A stretch of 63,789 nucleotides of DNA, filler included, from Octopus bimaculoides (taxonomy: Eukaryota), in the NCBI RefSeq assembly GCF_001194135.2. It is 7 parts of 7 records of this genome, joined end to end, with 100 filler letters (N's around TTAATTAATTAA, not from the genome) between each part and the next. Parts side by side here need not be neighbours in the genome. Positions count along the whole stretch, not along the records: positions 6,642 to 25,410 come from NC_068988.1; positions 25,511 to 35,279 come from NC_068989.1; 5 more parts are not named here. The stretch is one strand, 5' to 3'. Below the pieces are notes generated by a model. It saw only the letters and a list, made by a program, of their open reading frames with translations, was not told the origin of the DNA and ran no database searches. Each line of letters begins with the position of its first letter. Positions within the stretch are counted from its first letter, which is position 1. Position numbers and translations under genes: made by a program. Shown piece after piece: positions 12,088 through 25,978 of the stretch.

Positions 12088-13219
12088 ANNNNNNNNNNNN
12101 NNNNNNNNNNNNNNNNNNNNNNNNNNNNNNNNNNNNNNNNNNNNNNNNNNNNNNNNNNNNNNNNNNNNNNNNNNNNNNNNNNNNNNNNNNNNNNNNNNNN
12201 NNNNNNNNNNNNNNNNNNNNNNNNNNNNNNNNNNNNNNNNNNNNNNNNNNNNNNNNNNNNNNNNNNNNNNNNNNNNNNNNNNNNNNNNNNNNNNNNNNNN
12301 NNNNNNNNNNNNNNNNNNNNNNNNNNNNNNNNNNNNNNNNNNNNNNNNNNNNNNNNNNNNNNNNNNNNNNNNNNNNNNNNNNNNNNNNNNNNNNNNNNNN
12401 NNNNNNNNNNNNNNNNNNNNNNNNNNNNNNNNNNNNNNNNNNNNNNNNNNNNNNNNNNNNNNNNNNNNNNNNNNNNNNNNNNNNNNNNNNNNNNNNNNNN
12501 NNNNNNNNNNNNNNNNNNNNNNNNNNNNNNNNNNNNNNNNNNNNNNNNNNNNNNNNNNNNNNNNNNNNNNNNNNNNNNNNNNNNNNNNNNNNNNNAACAA
12601 TAAATTGACATCGAAGTGACAGAATCAGAAGAACATCAGCCAAAAGCGAGATTAGCTCGAAATGACATTTTGGAGGATACCTAAATGGTAGACTTCGTTC
12701 ACTGGCGACGGCCAAGCTAACACCATTTTCATCTGTATTACCCATTGAATAGCATAAGTACGAAATATTATATTTTCGAATCAGCATCGCAGTCACGCAC
12801 ATCATCATTTGACGAACGCTTTTTGGGATTGATTATTGCCCAACTAATTTCCTAGAATTCCATCCCGATAGTGAACACTCGAAGGCTGTTGTTTTTGTTT
12901 TTGTTGTTCTTGCTTAAGCCCATTTCTGCTCTTATCAAGCAGTCCTTACTTTTAAATCCATTTCGGCCGTAAACATACAATCATTTTAGAGGTATGTAGC
13001 GTTACATTATCAAATGTGACTAAGCAGTGCATAATGAGAGGTTTGTGACTGTTATTTATTCTACGTTGAATGACCAGGTAGAATCTCCGTTGGTTAACGC
13101 TCTAGTTGTCGTTTAGCCTACTCCCAGACAACACTGGTCAAACATACTTTATTCCAGCAGTACCCATATGTATATACATATACATAAGTGTGCGTCTGCG
13201 CGTGTGTATCTGTCTCTGT

Positions 13220-13380
13220 GTTAAGAAGCTTGGTTCCCAACTACATGGTTCTGGGTTCAGTCCCACTGTGTGGCATCTTGGGCAAATGTCTTCTCTTATA
13301 ACTTCGGGCTGACCAGTCTAGTAAGTGGATTCGGTAGACGGAAACTAAAAGAAGCCCGTCATGTACACACACACACACGC

Positions 13381-13465
<85 letters not shown>

Positions 13466-13990
13466 TATATTTAAAAGAAGAAGGGGAAAATGAAAATTAG
13501 GTAATAATTATTAACAGCAAATTGGTCATCTTCACTTACAGCCGTTTCAATCAATACTCAATAAACATTAAATTTACATTAATGTAACATGAGCATAATA
13601 TCATCAGAGAAAAAAAGATGTACATTTGGATGTTATATGTGTGTTTATAAATTCATTTTAGCAGACTGCTTCATGTTTTACCCATCCTTTAATTAAATTT
13701 AATGCATTTATATATGTTTGTGTGTGTATGCATATATTTATGTATGTACGTATGTATGTATGAATGTATGTATGTATGTATGTATGTATGCATGTATGTA
13801 TGTATGTATGTATGCGTCTTTGTGTTTGTGTTTATCCCTGTAATTTAGCGGTTCGGCAAAAGAGACCGATCGGATAAGTACCAGGCTTAACAAAAAAATA
13901 AGCACTGGGATCGGTTAGTTCGACTGAAAACAACCCTTCAAATCGGTGCCCCAGCATGGCCGCAGTCTAATTAATGACTAAAACAAGTGA
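13220..13990 (+). mobile_element. SINE family A split by an expanded CA tract and ~370 bp of AT-rich insert
   Basis: Head at 13220-13360 and tail at 13830-13990 in the same orientation. Confidence 0.7.
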
Positions 13991-14476
13991 AAGATACATA
14001 CGCACGCCCATACACACACACAAACTCTCTCTCTCTCTCTTTCTCTCTCTCTCTTTCTCTCTCTCTTTCTTTCTCTCTCTCTCTNNNNNNNNNNNNNNNN
14101 NNNNNNNNNNNNNNNNNNNNNNNNNNNNNNNNNNNNNNNNNNNNNNNNNNNNNNNNNNNNNNNNNNNNNNNNNNNNNNNNNNNNNNNNNNNNNNNNNNNN
14201 NNNNNNNNNNNNNNNNNNNNNNNNNNNNNNNNNNNNNNNNNNNNNNNNNNNNNNNNNNNNNNNNNNNNNNNNNNNNNNNNNNNNNNNNNNNNNNNNNNNN
14301 NNNNNNNNNNNNNNNNNNNNNNNNNNNNNNNNNNNNNNNNNNNNNNNNNNNNNNNNNNNNNNNNNNNNNNNNNNNNNNNNNNNNNNNNNNNNNNNNNNNN
14401 NNNNNNNNNNNNNNNNNNNNNNNNNNNNNNNNNNNNNNNNNNNNNNNNNNNNNNNNNNNNNNNNNNNNNNNNNNNN

Positions 14477-14528
<52 letters not shown>

Positions 14529-15130
14529 TCACACACAATGCATGTATGTATGGGTGCCTACACCCGTAAATACAAGAATGTTTTCATACATATTTGTCGT
14601 GTGCAGATAACATTTGTGTGTTTACTTCTAACATAAGATAACGAGAAGTAACTATTTACAGAGAAGCATTAAATTAATCAACAACATCAATTTAATTTGT
14701 ATCTGGTATGATTGATAAAATATGTCGAAGAGGCCATTTTAATTACTGTACTACAACGGTTCGTTCCCTCTTTCTTACATAGAAACATTGTTACTTGAGC
14801 AAAGAAAAACAAAAAAAAAATACGATGTAGAAATAGAAGTAAAATAAGATAGTGAAAGAGAATGAAAAAAATATACGCATATAGAAAATATCGGAATTTA
14901 AAAGAAAGCTAAGGAAATGAAGTAGCAAAGAAAGTCCTATTAGAAGTTAATCTAGCATAACCGAGGGAAAAACGAGACTGCCTATGTGATTCTTTTGATG
15001 TCAAGTATTCGTCAAAGCTGAGACAGCTGGCATTAGTAATGACGTTTATGACGACAACGACAATGACGATGACAATTGTGAATACTTTACAAAATATACT
15101 GTTGTTTATTCTCTCGGTACTGCTGCTGTC

Positions 15131-15238
15131 ATGATGATGATGACGATGACGACGACGACGATGATGATGATGATGATAATAATAATAGCAACAACAACGA
15201 TAATGATAGTTTTTGCACACCTTATTTATATATATATG

Positions 15239-15303
<65 letters not shown>

Positions 15304-15367
15304 GTGTGTGTGTGTGTATAAATGTATACATATATATATATATATACATACATATATATATATATAT

Positions 15368-15451
<84 letters not shown>

Positions 15452-15593
15452 GTATATGTATATGCATGCACACATACACACGTATACATATATCACGCTC
15501 TCTCTCTCTCTCACACACACGCACACACACACTCACAATCTATACCACACACACACATAAGAGAAAAAAGAGCTGAAAGCGAGACAGACGGCC

Positions 15594-15651
<58 letters not shown>

Positions 15652-15660
15652 CGTGCGTGC
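15131..15660. repeat. Compound microsatellite block (GAT/GAC/TAA, TG, TA, CA)
   Basis: Directly visible; explains several spurious ORFs. Confidence 0.95.
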
Positions 15661-18214
15661 ATGCTAGTGTGTGAATGAGAAAAAGTGGAAATAAAAAGAA
15701 AGAGATGAATATTTATAGTCCATGCGGTCAAAGACTGAAGACTAGTATGTTATGCTAAAATATTTAGTTTCCACTTGACGTGAACCAGGATATAAACCCT
15801 GATATACAGAAACAGCTGTAGCGACTACAATAATCAAGTTTATATTTTCTCGTTTTAATGAGAATTCTTGACACATCTCTATCATAAAAAAGATTGAAAT
15901 TCAAAAGGCAGAGAAGTACTACAAGTAATTAAAGAACTAGAACTGATTAATTATTATGATGTTGAAAAGATCAAGTTCAGTCATCTGTGCAGAACTGTTT
16001 CGTGTAATATTCGAAGCGGGATCGAGAATTCTCTTTTTCCTTCTGGAATTATCATTTATTATACACATATAAAACCTCAGAATTATAATGATGACGCTGC
16101 TGAATGAAATTATGAGATACTTTTACTTTTCAGCTGGAGTAAAAGTAATAATATCAAAGCAGAGAAATTGTAAGACCAACTTACAATCTCTTTTGTCATG
16201 GCCTTCAGACAGAAGAAAACTGCATGCCTTTCCTGACAAAAGATGTCAGGGTGATCTATTCGATGAATTCAGTTAAAACCTGGAATACTTTCTGCATACA
16301 ATAACTATTCGACATAGCCTTTCAATCAACAATGCCAGGGATCAAGCTGTTTCGTGCTGAACGACTTTTCAGCTTTCGTGTATCTCAGACAGGCTTATCA
16401 ATGATGCTATCATACCTAAAGAGATTAGCTTAAATATCCGAGAGTATTGCTAGGTCAGAGATTTGGGGAAATCGTCCATAGTCTCCGAACTAAGATTCCT
16501 CCAGAATAGTCATTCAATTGTTCTTTGTCAACGCCGATTGTTTCTCTCTGAGAGAGTCATCGTTCTCGCCCTCCAGCAACCCTCTTTCTATTGAATGCAA
16601 AAACTGATGTATCATCGCGGCGTCTGATGACATTCTAAATGTGAAGTGCGCAATCTTGCCTTTCACTTGAACAAAGTCTGCACCTCCTTCAAAAATACTA
16701 GCAGTAGGGAAACATTCTTCACAAACGACCATCATTGTCCAGGAATCTCTGTAGGCGTTGCACTTTCCACGCATGCCTATGCACAATCAACCATAACATG
16801 CCCAAGTGCCCACACAGAATGTTGGTCGCAGATGGCTCTTATGACCAAGAAATGAAAAAGTAGACGCTCCATCCCGGTCAGATGAAAATTGAAACTATGA
16901 ATAATTGTAGCATTTTATCATTGTAATAGGTTGTAACATAGTGCAAGACAATGAATAGTCTTGGAAAATGCCACAGAGGTTTACAATAATACCTTTATTT
17001 GACAGGAGCTCTTACGTTAATGGCAGCAAAATGAGCAAAGGGGAAGTCAACTTCCACGGAATTTGAAATCGAAACGTAATGAGATAATTAAATATCATGA
17101 GACGCTTTCTACTGCAATCCGCCAAATTTGCCATCCGTCACTGAAAAATTATAGCAACAATGACTCCAAATATCAGCACAAAGCTTCTCAATTTTGTTTT
17201 AAAGTGAGGATGCATTAAAGTGACACCTGCACTTGATTGTCATTTTATTTTATCGACCCCAAAAGTATGAAAAGCATACAGGATTCCGGTGAGATTTGAA
17301 CTCACAACATAGAAGTTATTTTGTCTGATTCTCTTCTGATTTTGCGATCCACCATCCTATTTAATAATACTAACAGCAACATAAATAATAATAGTCTGAA
17401 CAAAACAAAACTAAAAAGAGAAAAAGAACTTCGAAAAACATGAAAGAATGAAACGAAACGAAATTGAACAGAATACAATTGAACATGTCTCCACTCACAA
17501 ACGAAAATCTGACTGGTAATTCTTTATCAAACATCACACTAGATCTATCTATCTATCTATCTATCTATCTTTTTATCTTTTTATCTTTGCTATTCTAAAA
17601 ACTTCTCCCGATTGGTCCTGGCTGGCACTGTCGCCTCTGTGTATTCGGACTTACGTCAGATTTCGACAACCACAAATCCGCTTAAAAAGAAACTTGCATT
17701 GTCATTTTTATTTCATTCAGCACTTCTTTCATTCAGTCCGCTTTCTCAAATTTCTCCCCTTCTCTCTGTCGTCTGCTTATTTCAAATATCTTTTTTTATA
17801 ATCTAATGTTTTACTTATTTCGTTCTTAGTTTGTTTTTCATTTTATTTCCTCTGTCTATTTTTGCAGCTTCCATAATCTTATCTTCTAGTCTTTTACAAA
17901 TACCAGAATTGCAACCGAGCCTGTCTGATGGTATTCAGTCTGACGAAACGAACGTTCTTTCCTTCAAGTGACCGTTTTTGGTAGTTGTTCCGCCGTTGCT
18001 TAAGTAGCTTTCCAACGTCACATAGCAAATGTCCAACTTGGAAGAGAAACTAAAAGCATATACCTCAAACTCTCTTTCTTCATAATTTCATATTTCTTCT
18101 TTCTATCTTTCGTTCTTCTTCTCGTTCTTTCTTTATTTCTTTCCTTCTTTCCTTAATTCTTTGTCTCGTTCTTTCTCTTCCACTTTCTGTATATACATAC
18201 AAACACATACACAT

Positions 18215-18263
<49 letters not shown>

Positions 18264-18475
18264 AACACATGTATATGTATGTATACATATATCTATATAT
18301 GTATCAATGTATGTATCTATGTATGTATGTGTGCTTATATATGCATGTATGCGCACATATATTTATGTGAGTGCGTGTATGTGTATGCATATGTATGTGT
18401 GTGTGTGTGTTATTTTATATGTGTGCGTATGTTGTCTATGCATATATATATATACATATACATATGTATATACAC

Positions 18476-18524
<49 letters not shown>

Positions 18525-18628
18525 NNNNNNNNNNNNNNNNNNNNNNNNNNNNNNNNNNNNNNNNNNNNNNNNNNNNNNNNNNNNNNNNNNNNNNNNNNNN
18601 NNNNNNNNNNNNNNNNNNNNNNNNNNNN

Positions 18629-18669
<41 letters not shown>

Positions 18670-19125
18670 TACGCATATATTTAAACACACACACACACAT
18701 ATACCAAAATATACACACTTACGTATTTACATATACACACACACGCATAGATTACCATCACACACTCATGCACTAACATACACACGCATACACATACAGA
18801 TACGTGTGAATGTACTTCAATGGTTCTCGTCATCTCCCTTTGGAAACATACTTGTGCGAGCTTCTTCGGTTTTCTGAAGTACATTGCTCTTACTGCGATG
18901 AAGAAGGTTCTTTTAATGGTGATGTCGTTCATGATTTCTACACGAGAGATTTTGTTCCATTCTATGCATATCAAATTATCACTCGTTTCCCGTCAGGTAT
19001 ATTTATGTTTGTTTCCATTTATTTCCCTGGCAGCACATGCACACGCACACGCACACACACACAAACAAACACACACACACACACACAAACAAACACACAC
19101 ATACACATGTCTAGATCAATATACA

Positions 19126-19202
<77 letters not shown>

Positions 19203-19339
19203 ATATATGTATGTATATGTATGTGTGTGTGAGTGTGTATGCGTATGTATATGTGTGTGTATATATATATATAAATATACATACATACATATATATATAC
19301 CTACATACATATATATACTTATATATTTGTATGTATTAT

Positions 19340-19630
19340 TTTTTACTTGTTTTAGTCATTAGACTGCGGGCATGCTGGGCGCTGCTTTGAAGAATTTTCT
19401 TCAAATGAATCGGTCCCAGTATCTATTTTCTTTCTAAGCTTGGTACCTAATTTATAACCTTTTTTGTCGAACCACTAAGTTACGGCGGACATAAACACAG
19501 CAACACCGGTTGTCAATCGCTGGCAGCGGAGGTACAAAGACAGACACAAACGAACACACACGCATGATGCACATGCACATACACATGTGTGTTAGAAGCA
19601 AATTTCTTACCACGCAGCTACGCCTGTACC
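19340..19630 (-). mobile_element. SINE family A, internally deleted
   Basis: TTTTTACTTGTTTTAGTCATT...GCATGCTGG tail and a head remnant TTCTTACCACGCAGCTACGCCTG. Confidence 0.75.
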
Positions 19631-19633
19631 TAA

Positions 19634-19675
<42 letters not shown>

Positions 19676-20536
19676 ATAAGAGTGAACAAACTACAGAAGG
19701 CTTGTGTTACATGGTTAAAGTATATATTTAAATTATGTCAGAAAAATGTTATAACATTTTTTTGGTATATAAACATTGTATTTAGGAGAAATAACCGGTT
19801 TCGTGTTGTCTTTTCAAATTTCTCTACTTCATTGTAACATGTGTTTAAATATACATACATACATACATACATACGTGTATATATACATACATGCATACAT
19901 GCATACATACATACATGCATACATACATACACACATACATACATACATACATACATATGTGTTTTAGCATAGGGTTTGCATTGTGTACATGCGACTAACA
20001 CACTTCAACGAGTTACAAATGCCCATTTCACATTCGAACCGCGGCTGCTGCCTTTGCCGCCGCTCGATAGTTTTTGTCTGCCACAGATATATTTGTACCT
20101 TTAAACAGAGTGCGTCCATAAAAGATATTTTCGAACAAATATCGCAGTTAATTCACTTTTTCATGACGTATCTACACATGATACGCAGATGGCTATTTTA
20201 ACTTAATGATGCCTCTGCTGCATGTAATGATACCAAGCTATGCACTTGGGGTATACTTAAGGCTCTTGTAACTTTCGCAGTATCAGTTTGTTTATTTGCT
20301 TTTAGTTTTCTTTCATTGGACTTTCAGAGGCATTTTTGCCTTTTCAGAGATTAAACACCGTGATGTCCTTGCTTCCGCATTTCATTCGTGTTCGGATGAT
20401 ATGGACCGAACAAATTTAGCTACAGAACGAAATCAAAAAAATAATTGAAATATTTCCGAGGGGCGATCATACACTATTGAAATGAAGTTAACTAATCATC
20501 CATTCACCATCCCACGCAGGTGTTTTGGTTTAAGAA

Positions 20537-20537
<1 letters not shown>

Positions 20538-20607
<70 letters not shown>

Positions 20608-20613
20608 TTTTTT

Positions 20614-20699
<86 letters not shown>

Positions 20700-20834
20700 A
20701 ATGAAGTAGAGTGACTAGTTTATGTTTTGAACCCTTGGAAGACACACGAGATGTCGAAATATCAACAATAATAACAATGGCACTCTTCCTTTTTGCTTCT
20801 GTATTTCCTGGAGGAGTAACCTCAATCCTATAAA

Positions 20835-20895
<61 letters not shown>
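20538..20895. repeat. (TTA)n/(TCA)n microsatellite tracts
   Basis: Visible runs at 20538-20698 and 20835-20895; the latter abuts the 3' end of the Dong/R4 fragment. Confidence 0.95.
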
Positions 20896-22041
20896 TGTTA
20901 TGTGATGAAAACTCACGGCTTATTTTGCTGGGTATGATGGAAAGTGTCAGCTGTCAACTACCAGCAGACTAAGGTGACACTTGTTTATTTGTCAAGCTTC
21001 AAGAACTCTGCGAAGAATTCTTGCAGTTCCAAGTTATGCTGAGTTTTGTGGGTGTTCTACCGTCACACTTGCTAATTTTGGGCATTCGCTAACGGTGTGC
21101 CATACCGTTTCACCTCTCTCCCCACACATTCTGCATTTGTCGCTATCGGTAGTGTCGTCAATTCTGGACTTCATATAATTGGTCCTTAACGCTTGTTCTT
21201 GAGCTGTGCATATGAGTGCTTCTGTCTCTATCTTCAGGTCACTCTTCCTCATCTATAGCCACCGGTCCTTTGTATCTGTCTTGGCGTTCACATCTCTTGC
21301 AAACTGACCATACATTTTCTTTACTTACATGGTTTTTCTTCTTTGTTTTTGTTTGCTTGTTCATTTCTTGTTTAAATTTTCTTTAGTTACACAATTTTCA
21401 GTTTTGATTACATCTTCTTCGTCTATTTCAACAGTGGCTCCACGGCATATTTTATATATCACCCTAGGCTGTTTTCCTCTGCTTCGATACAATCCTGGTG
21501 ACTGATCAAACCTCTCTCACTCTTCCTTCTGGACAAGTACAGCCTATCGGTATCACTCTTAGGGTGGAAGGTTCTGTGTACTGTAAACATTTTTCTGGTC
21601 TTGATATTCATTTTCTTCATTTCTCTTTTTTGTCATTTTATAATTCCCGCTCCATACCGAAGTGATGCTATCGCCCACGTATTAACTGCTTGGATTTTAT
21701 TCCACCCAGTCAATTTTGAGCGCAACACCAACCTCAGTCTTCGGAAATACTCCATCTTCAGTTGCTCTTTCATTTCCTTTTCAATTATCTCGTTGAACTC
21801 TAGTACACCAGGGTATTTGTATCATATCGTTTCAATTTGCTTTATCAAGTCTTTATTCGGTAATTCTATCCCTGCTAGGGACTGTACCTTGCCTCCGTTT
21901 AGGTAGATTATTCCGCACTCCTTGAATCCATATTCCATTCTAATATCAGTACTAAAACAGAGGACCGTGTTGACCAAGGAACTCACTTGTGTCTCATCTT
22001 TGCCATACAGTTTCAAATCATCCATGAAGAGGAGGTGGTTG
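20896..22041 (-). mobile_element. R4/Dong-clade non-LTR retrotransposon remnant, copy B (RT C-terminus + CCHC finger, RLE domain deleted)
   Basis: Minus strand encodes NHLLFMDDLKLYGKDE..., NKIQAVNTWAIASLRYGAGII, FHPKSDTDRLYLSRRKSERGL, EALICTAQEQALRTNY, CRMCGERGETVWHTVSECPKLA, then LGTARILRRVLEA* (stop 20992-20994), a 3' UTR and (TAA)n. Stops and frameshifts are present. Confidence 0.88.
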
Positions 22042-22054
22042 TATTATTATTATT

Positions 22055-22345
22055 CCTCCGTAACACAGTGCAGATAAAAATGCACCGGAGTCTTTAGTCA
22101 TCTGTCAAGTCATAACAAGGACCTCAGACAGATTATACTTTCCTTAAGATGTGCGCTGTGCCCAATAAGGCTGCTTTTTTCAAGACATCAATCTTGCATG
22201 AGATTTCCAGTTGCCTTAAGATGTCTTGAAGTTTCAATGAGATTGAGCCCAACGTTCCGATCTTCAGTGGTATCACTTTTACATTACCCTCTCGCATTCC
22301 ATACAGTCTTGCCACTTCCACTTTCAATTCGGAGTATCTGGCCGT
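22055..22345 (-). mobile_element. R4/Dong-clade 3' end fragment, copy A
   Basis: RYSELKVEVARLYGMR...VIPLKIGTLG...LKKAALLGTAHILRKV*, then a 3' UTR and (TAA)4 at 22042-22054. Confidence 0.82.
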
Positions 22346-22424
22346 TTACACTTACCCCACAATGTCATTCTAAAAACAAAGAGCCGCATCATTGAAATCT
22401 CGTAACTTCGGGATAATGCATGAT

Positions 22425-22776
22425 TACTTCTTGTTGGCACTCCGTCGCTTACAACGTCGAGGGTTCCAGTTGATCCGATCAACAGAACAGCCTGAAATTA
22501 ACGTGTACCCTTAATGTAGTTCTCGGGGATATTCAGCGTGACACAGTGTGACAAGGCTGACCTTTTAAATTACAGACACAACAGAAACAGGAAGTAAGAG
22601 TGAGAGAAAGTTGTGGTAAAAGAGTACAGCAGGGTTCGCCACCATCCCCTGCCAGAGCCTTGTGGAGCTTTAGGTGTTTTCGCTCAATAAACGCTCACAA
22701 CGCCCGGTCTGGGAATCGAAACCGCGATCCTACGACCGCGAGTCCGCTGCCCTAACCACTGGGCCATTGCACCTCC
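22425..22776 (-). mobile_element. tRNA-derived SINE family C, near full length
   Basis: Minus-strand head GGAGGTGCAATGGCCCAGTGG (A box)...GGTTTCGATTCCC (B box). Body matches 45945-46240. Confidence 0.9.
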
Positions 22777-23648
22777 AAATGATTACTTCTAAACAATGCG
22801 AATTACATTCGTCAAAATACCCTGATTTATTAGCCTTCACTCCATTTCTTGTAGTGAAAGAAAGGTTCTTTATTAACTTCGTTCGCTTCAACTATATGTT
22901 CCCTCGTTGTTCGCATTTCAAATTGGTTACGTCAGTGGATATTGGAATACTAGTTACAAAGGTGTTAGCAACTTCGATGAGGAAAATAAAATTAAATACA
23001 TCCCTTCCAAATGCACGTTATTCAATTAAAAATGAAATCAGAGTTTAAGAAAGGAAGATATAACAATTAAACAGCCACTAAAAATGCCAAAGTATAAACG
23101 TTCGCAGTTATACATTGAAAAATACAAAACAAAGTGAACTTAGAAGTAACCTACAATAAAATTTAGCCAGTAGGATGGTTGTGTGTAACTCCAAATCCTA
23201 AGGAACCCGAAGATCGCATAACTTTATCGGTTGTATACCTCATCGTATGAACGAAGACGAAGTCAGTCAGACCGATGATGTATAGCAGGAGACAGTTTTG
23301 CTAATTACGCGAGAGTTAAAAAAGAAAAGAAAGCAGGAGACTGGAAAGCTGGAGCACCGAAAATTCGAAGGGTCGACTCCCTCTCGATAATTTAATTCTA
23401 CTCATATTTTTACTTCCATGTTTTGTTTGTAAGACGGATTATTTTACATGCTATATACTTTATACATACTCGCGCTCGTAATAAGCAAAGAGCGAGAAAG
23501 TTATAGGAGAGAGAGAGGGGGTAGTGGGAGAGACAGACAGACAGAACGTAAAACAGAGAATAAGGTGAGAGGAGAAACAGATTTAAGGAGTTATTGCTTC
23601 GTGAGGTGAATGGATAAATGTGTATCTGAGCAGAATTCGTTGGAAAGT

Positions 23649-23685
<37 letters not shown>

Positions 23686-24129
23686 ATAGTATGAAGAGGT
23701 GTGGTGTATATATTGTAAGAGAAGAAGGGGGTGAGATAGCATGTATTGACAGTACATGTATTCGTCAATGGTAGCTGCGAGACAATGTCGTCAGTGTGAC
23801 TATCAACGCTGTGCAGTCTTGACCTCTGTAAATAACTCTATTCACTTTAACATTTTACATTCAAACACAAACCAAAATGGGAGCCTCTGCATAGTTACTC
23901 GAATTGCAAGAAATAGCAGCATACCAGTTTTAAGTTACATCTTCCTTTCATGGATAACATGCTTTCGTGTACATTTTGCTTCAGAAAAAGATAGATGGTC
24001 ACAAATGAAATGCTTTTGATCATAGATTCTTTCGGTGAAGAGTGACTTGCGGGAAAATAACGATATTCAAACAAATTCCAACTATCTAACAGAACAAAAC
24101 TTAAGCATCTAACAATTCTTTTTTGTTTA

Positions 24130-24152
24130 TCTATATATATATAAACTTGAGA

Positions 24153-24199
<47 letters not shown>

Positions 24200-25300
24200 T
24201 GTATGAATCCCTAAAACTCCAGAACTACACAACCAAATTCATTCAAATTTTACACATGCCTTACTTAGGGTCCCGATTGTGCTTTAGTCAAAAACAAATT
24301 TAACTTCTTGCATACTTCCAGCCCACAGCAACATCATATCTCCTCCACTATTTAAGTATTACGTGTCAAAAGTGAAACAAAAACACTCATGTCATTCGAA
24401 CCGGAATCTCAAAAACATTGTTATTGTTAAATGTATGCATTTCTAATCAATTTGGGGATATTTGCTATCGAGTTGCAGATTTCTAACAATGCATTTGGTG
24501 ATTATTTGCTTTATTTCTCGGGCAAAATTTACAACTTAGAATAAAAGAATAAAATTATTATTTCATTCAAAAATTGATGAGCTTTGTTTTTAGTGATGAC
24601 TTGAAATGGTAAATATTTTTTCTAACTGTATTTGCTTGAAAAAACATACTTTTCTTTATATTAAGCAATTCATTATAATTACTTTTACGATGTGCCTAAA
24701 TAAAAACCATCGTTATAGATCAGCATTTCTCAAACTTTTTCGCGATTTGGCTTTCCTTGGACATTGAAAAAAATTATTTTGGCTTCTCTGTGTTGATAAA
24801 AAATTTAATCCAGCTTCCTATGTATCTGAGATAGACCGACCGACCCATGACAAATCTGACAAAAGGAGGGACCCGCAGAACTACCAGCTCACGAACTGCA
24901 TCTGAAAGTTGGCGCGCTACTCATCATGCTGGTAAGGAATTTAGATGCTCCAATAATGTGTAATGATACGCAGATGATTATCAAAAAATTGTGCTCCCGA
25001 GTTCTGTAGGCAAAAATCTTGAATGAACCGGCCACTTGCTAAGACATACTTATAACTCCCATGTCTCCTACGCACTCCGATACGACCTACAAGTTTAAAC
25101 AGATGCAATTTCCCATCAAACTCTGCTTTCCCATGACAATCAACAAGGCGCAGGGACAATCAGTGCAAGCGGTTGGTTTGAATCTGACAGAGCAAGTATT
25201 CTCACACGCACAACTGTACGTTGGCTGTCCCCATGGTCTTTCTATTTGTGCACCCGAGGGAAGGACGAAGAATGTTGTCTACCAAGAGGCACTCCAATGA
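24130..25300 (+). mobile_element. Internally deleted Helitron (5' TC terminus and PIF1-type helicase C-terminal remnant)
   Basis: A|TCTATATATATATAAAC 5' end followed by a TG tract, with helicase residues downstream. The 3' terminus is not seen, possibly lost in the gap at 25411. Confidence 0.65.
24875..25300 (+). pseudogene. Helitron Rep/Hel helicase C-terminal fragment
   Basis: One frame: AELPAHELHLKVGALLIMLVRNLD...QFPIKLCFPMTINKAQGQSVQAVGLNLTEQVFSHAQLYVGC...TKNVVYQEAL. These are PIF1/Helitron motifs, with 2 in-frame stops and the SRV motif missing. Confidence 0.9.
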
Positions 25301-25410
25301 TAACAACTGCAACTTCAGCTGCTCCAATTTCAACTCCGCAATTTTTTCATCGTCCTGCCAGCCCATGTAATTCCAGTCTTGCTTTGCTCTCCTTACTAAC
25401 TCACCATGAC

Positions 25411-25510
25411 NNNNNNNNNNNNNNNNNNNNNNNNNNNNNNNNNNNNNNNNNNNNTTAATTAATTAANNNNNNNNNNNNNNNNNNNNNNNNNNNNNNNNNN
25501 NNNNNNNNNN
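25411..25510. other. Artificial scaffold spacer
   Basis: 44 N + TTAATTAATTAA (25455-25466) + 44 N. Confidence 0.92.
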
Positions 25511-25978
25511 ATATGTGTGCACGCACTTATGTGTTCGTGCTTATATGTAAGTATGCTCATACCAAACAGTTTCGAAACAACGCCAAAACAACGCCAAAAA
25601 CAACGCCAAAACAACGCCAGATCATACATTCAAAATAAATGGAAGTGGAGAGACAAGTTACTGAAGAGATTGCAAGAGTGCAATGAAATAATTTAACCAA
25701 AAACTATATAAATTAATAAAGGACTGAACCAATGCGTGTGTTTATTACCGGCATAATGCCTCTCCCAAGGTTTAATTGTATTTCCTTCAACACACGTATC
25801 CACATCAAGAATCTTGCACACGAAATACACATACGAAATATATATATATATGTTTATGTATATATTCATACATATATATATATCTATATATGTATATATA
25901 TGTTATATAAATATATGTTTATATATATAAATTGGTTTATGTATATGTATATGTTTTTATATATATGTATATGTTTAT

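Noticed and set aside
16320-16860. Possible LINE endonuclease or host exon (MPGIKLFRAER...)
   Set aside because: Only a few residues resemble APE motifs; multiple stops in all frames.
22700-22776. tRNA gene
   Set aside because: It is the tRNA-derived head of a SINE and continues into the SINE body.
25576-25620. AAAACAACGCC x4
   Set aside because: Simple local slippage repeat.
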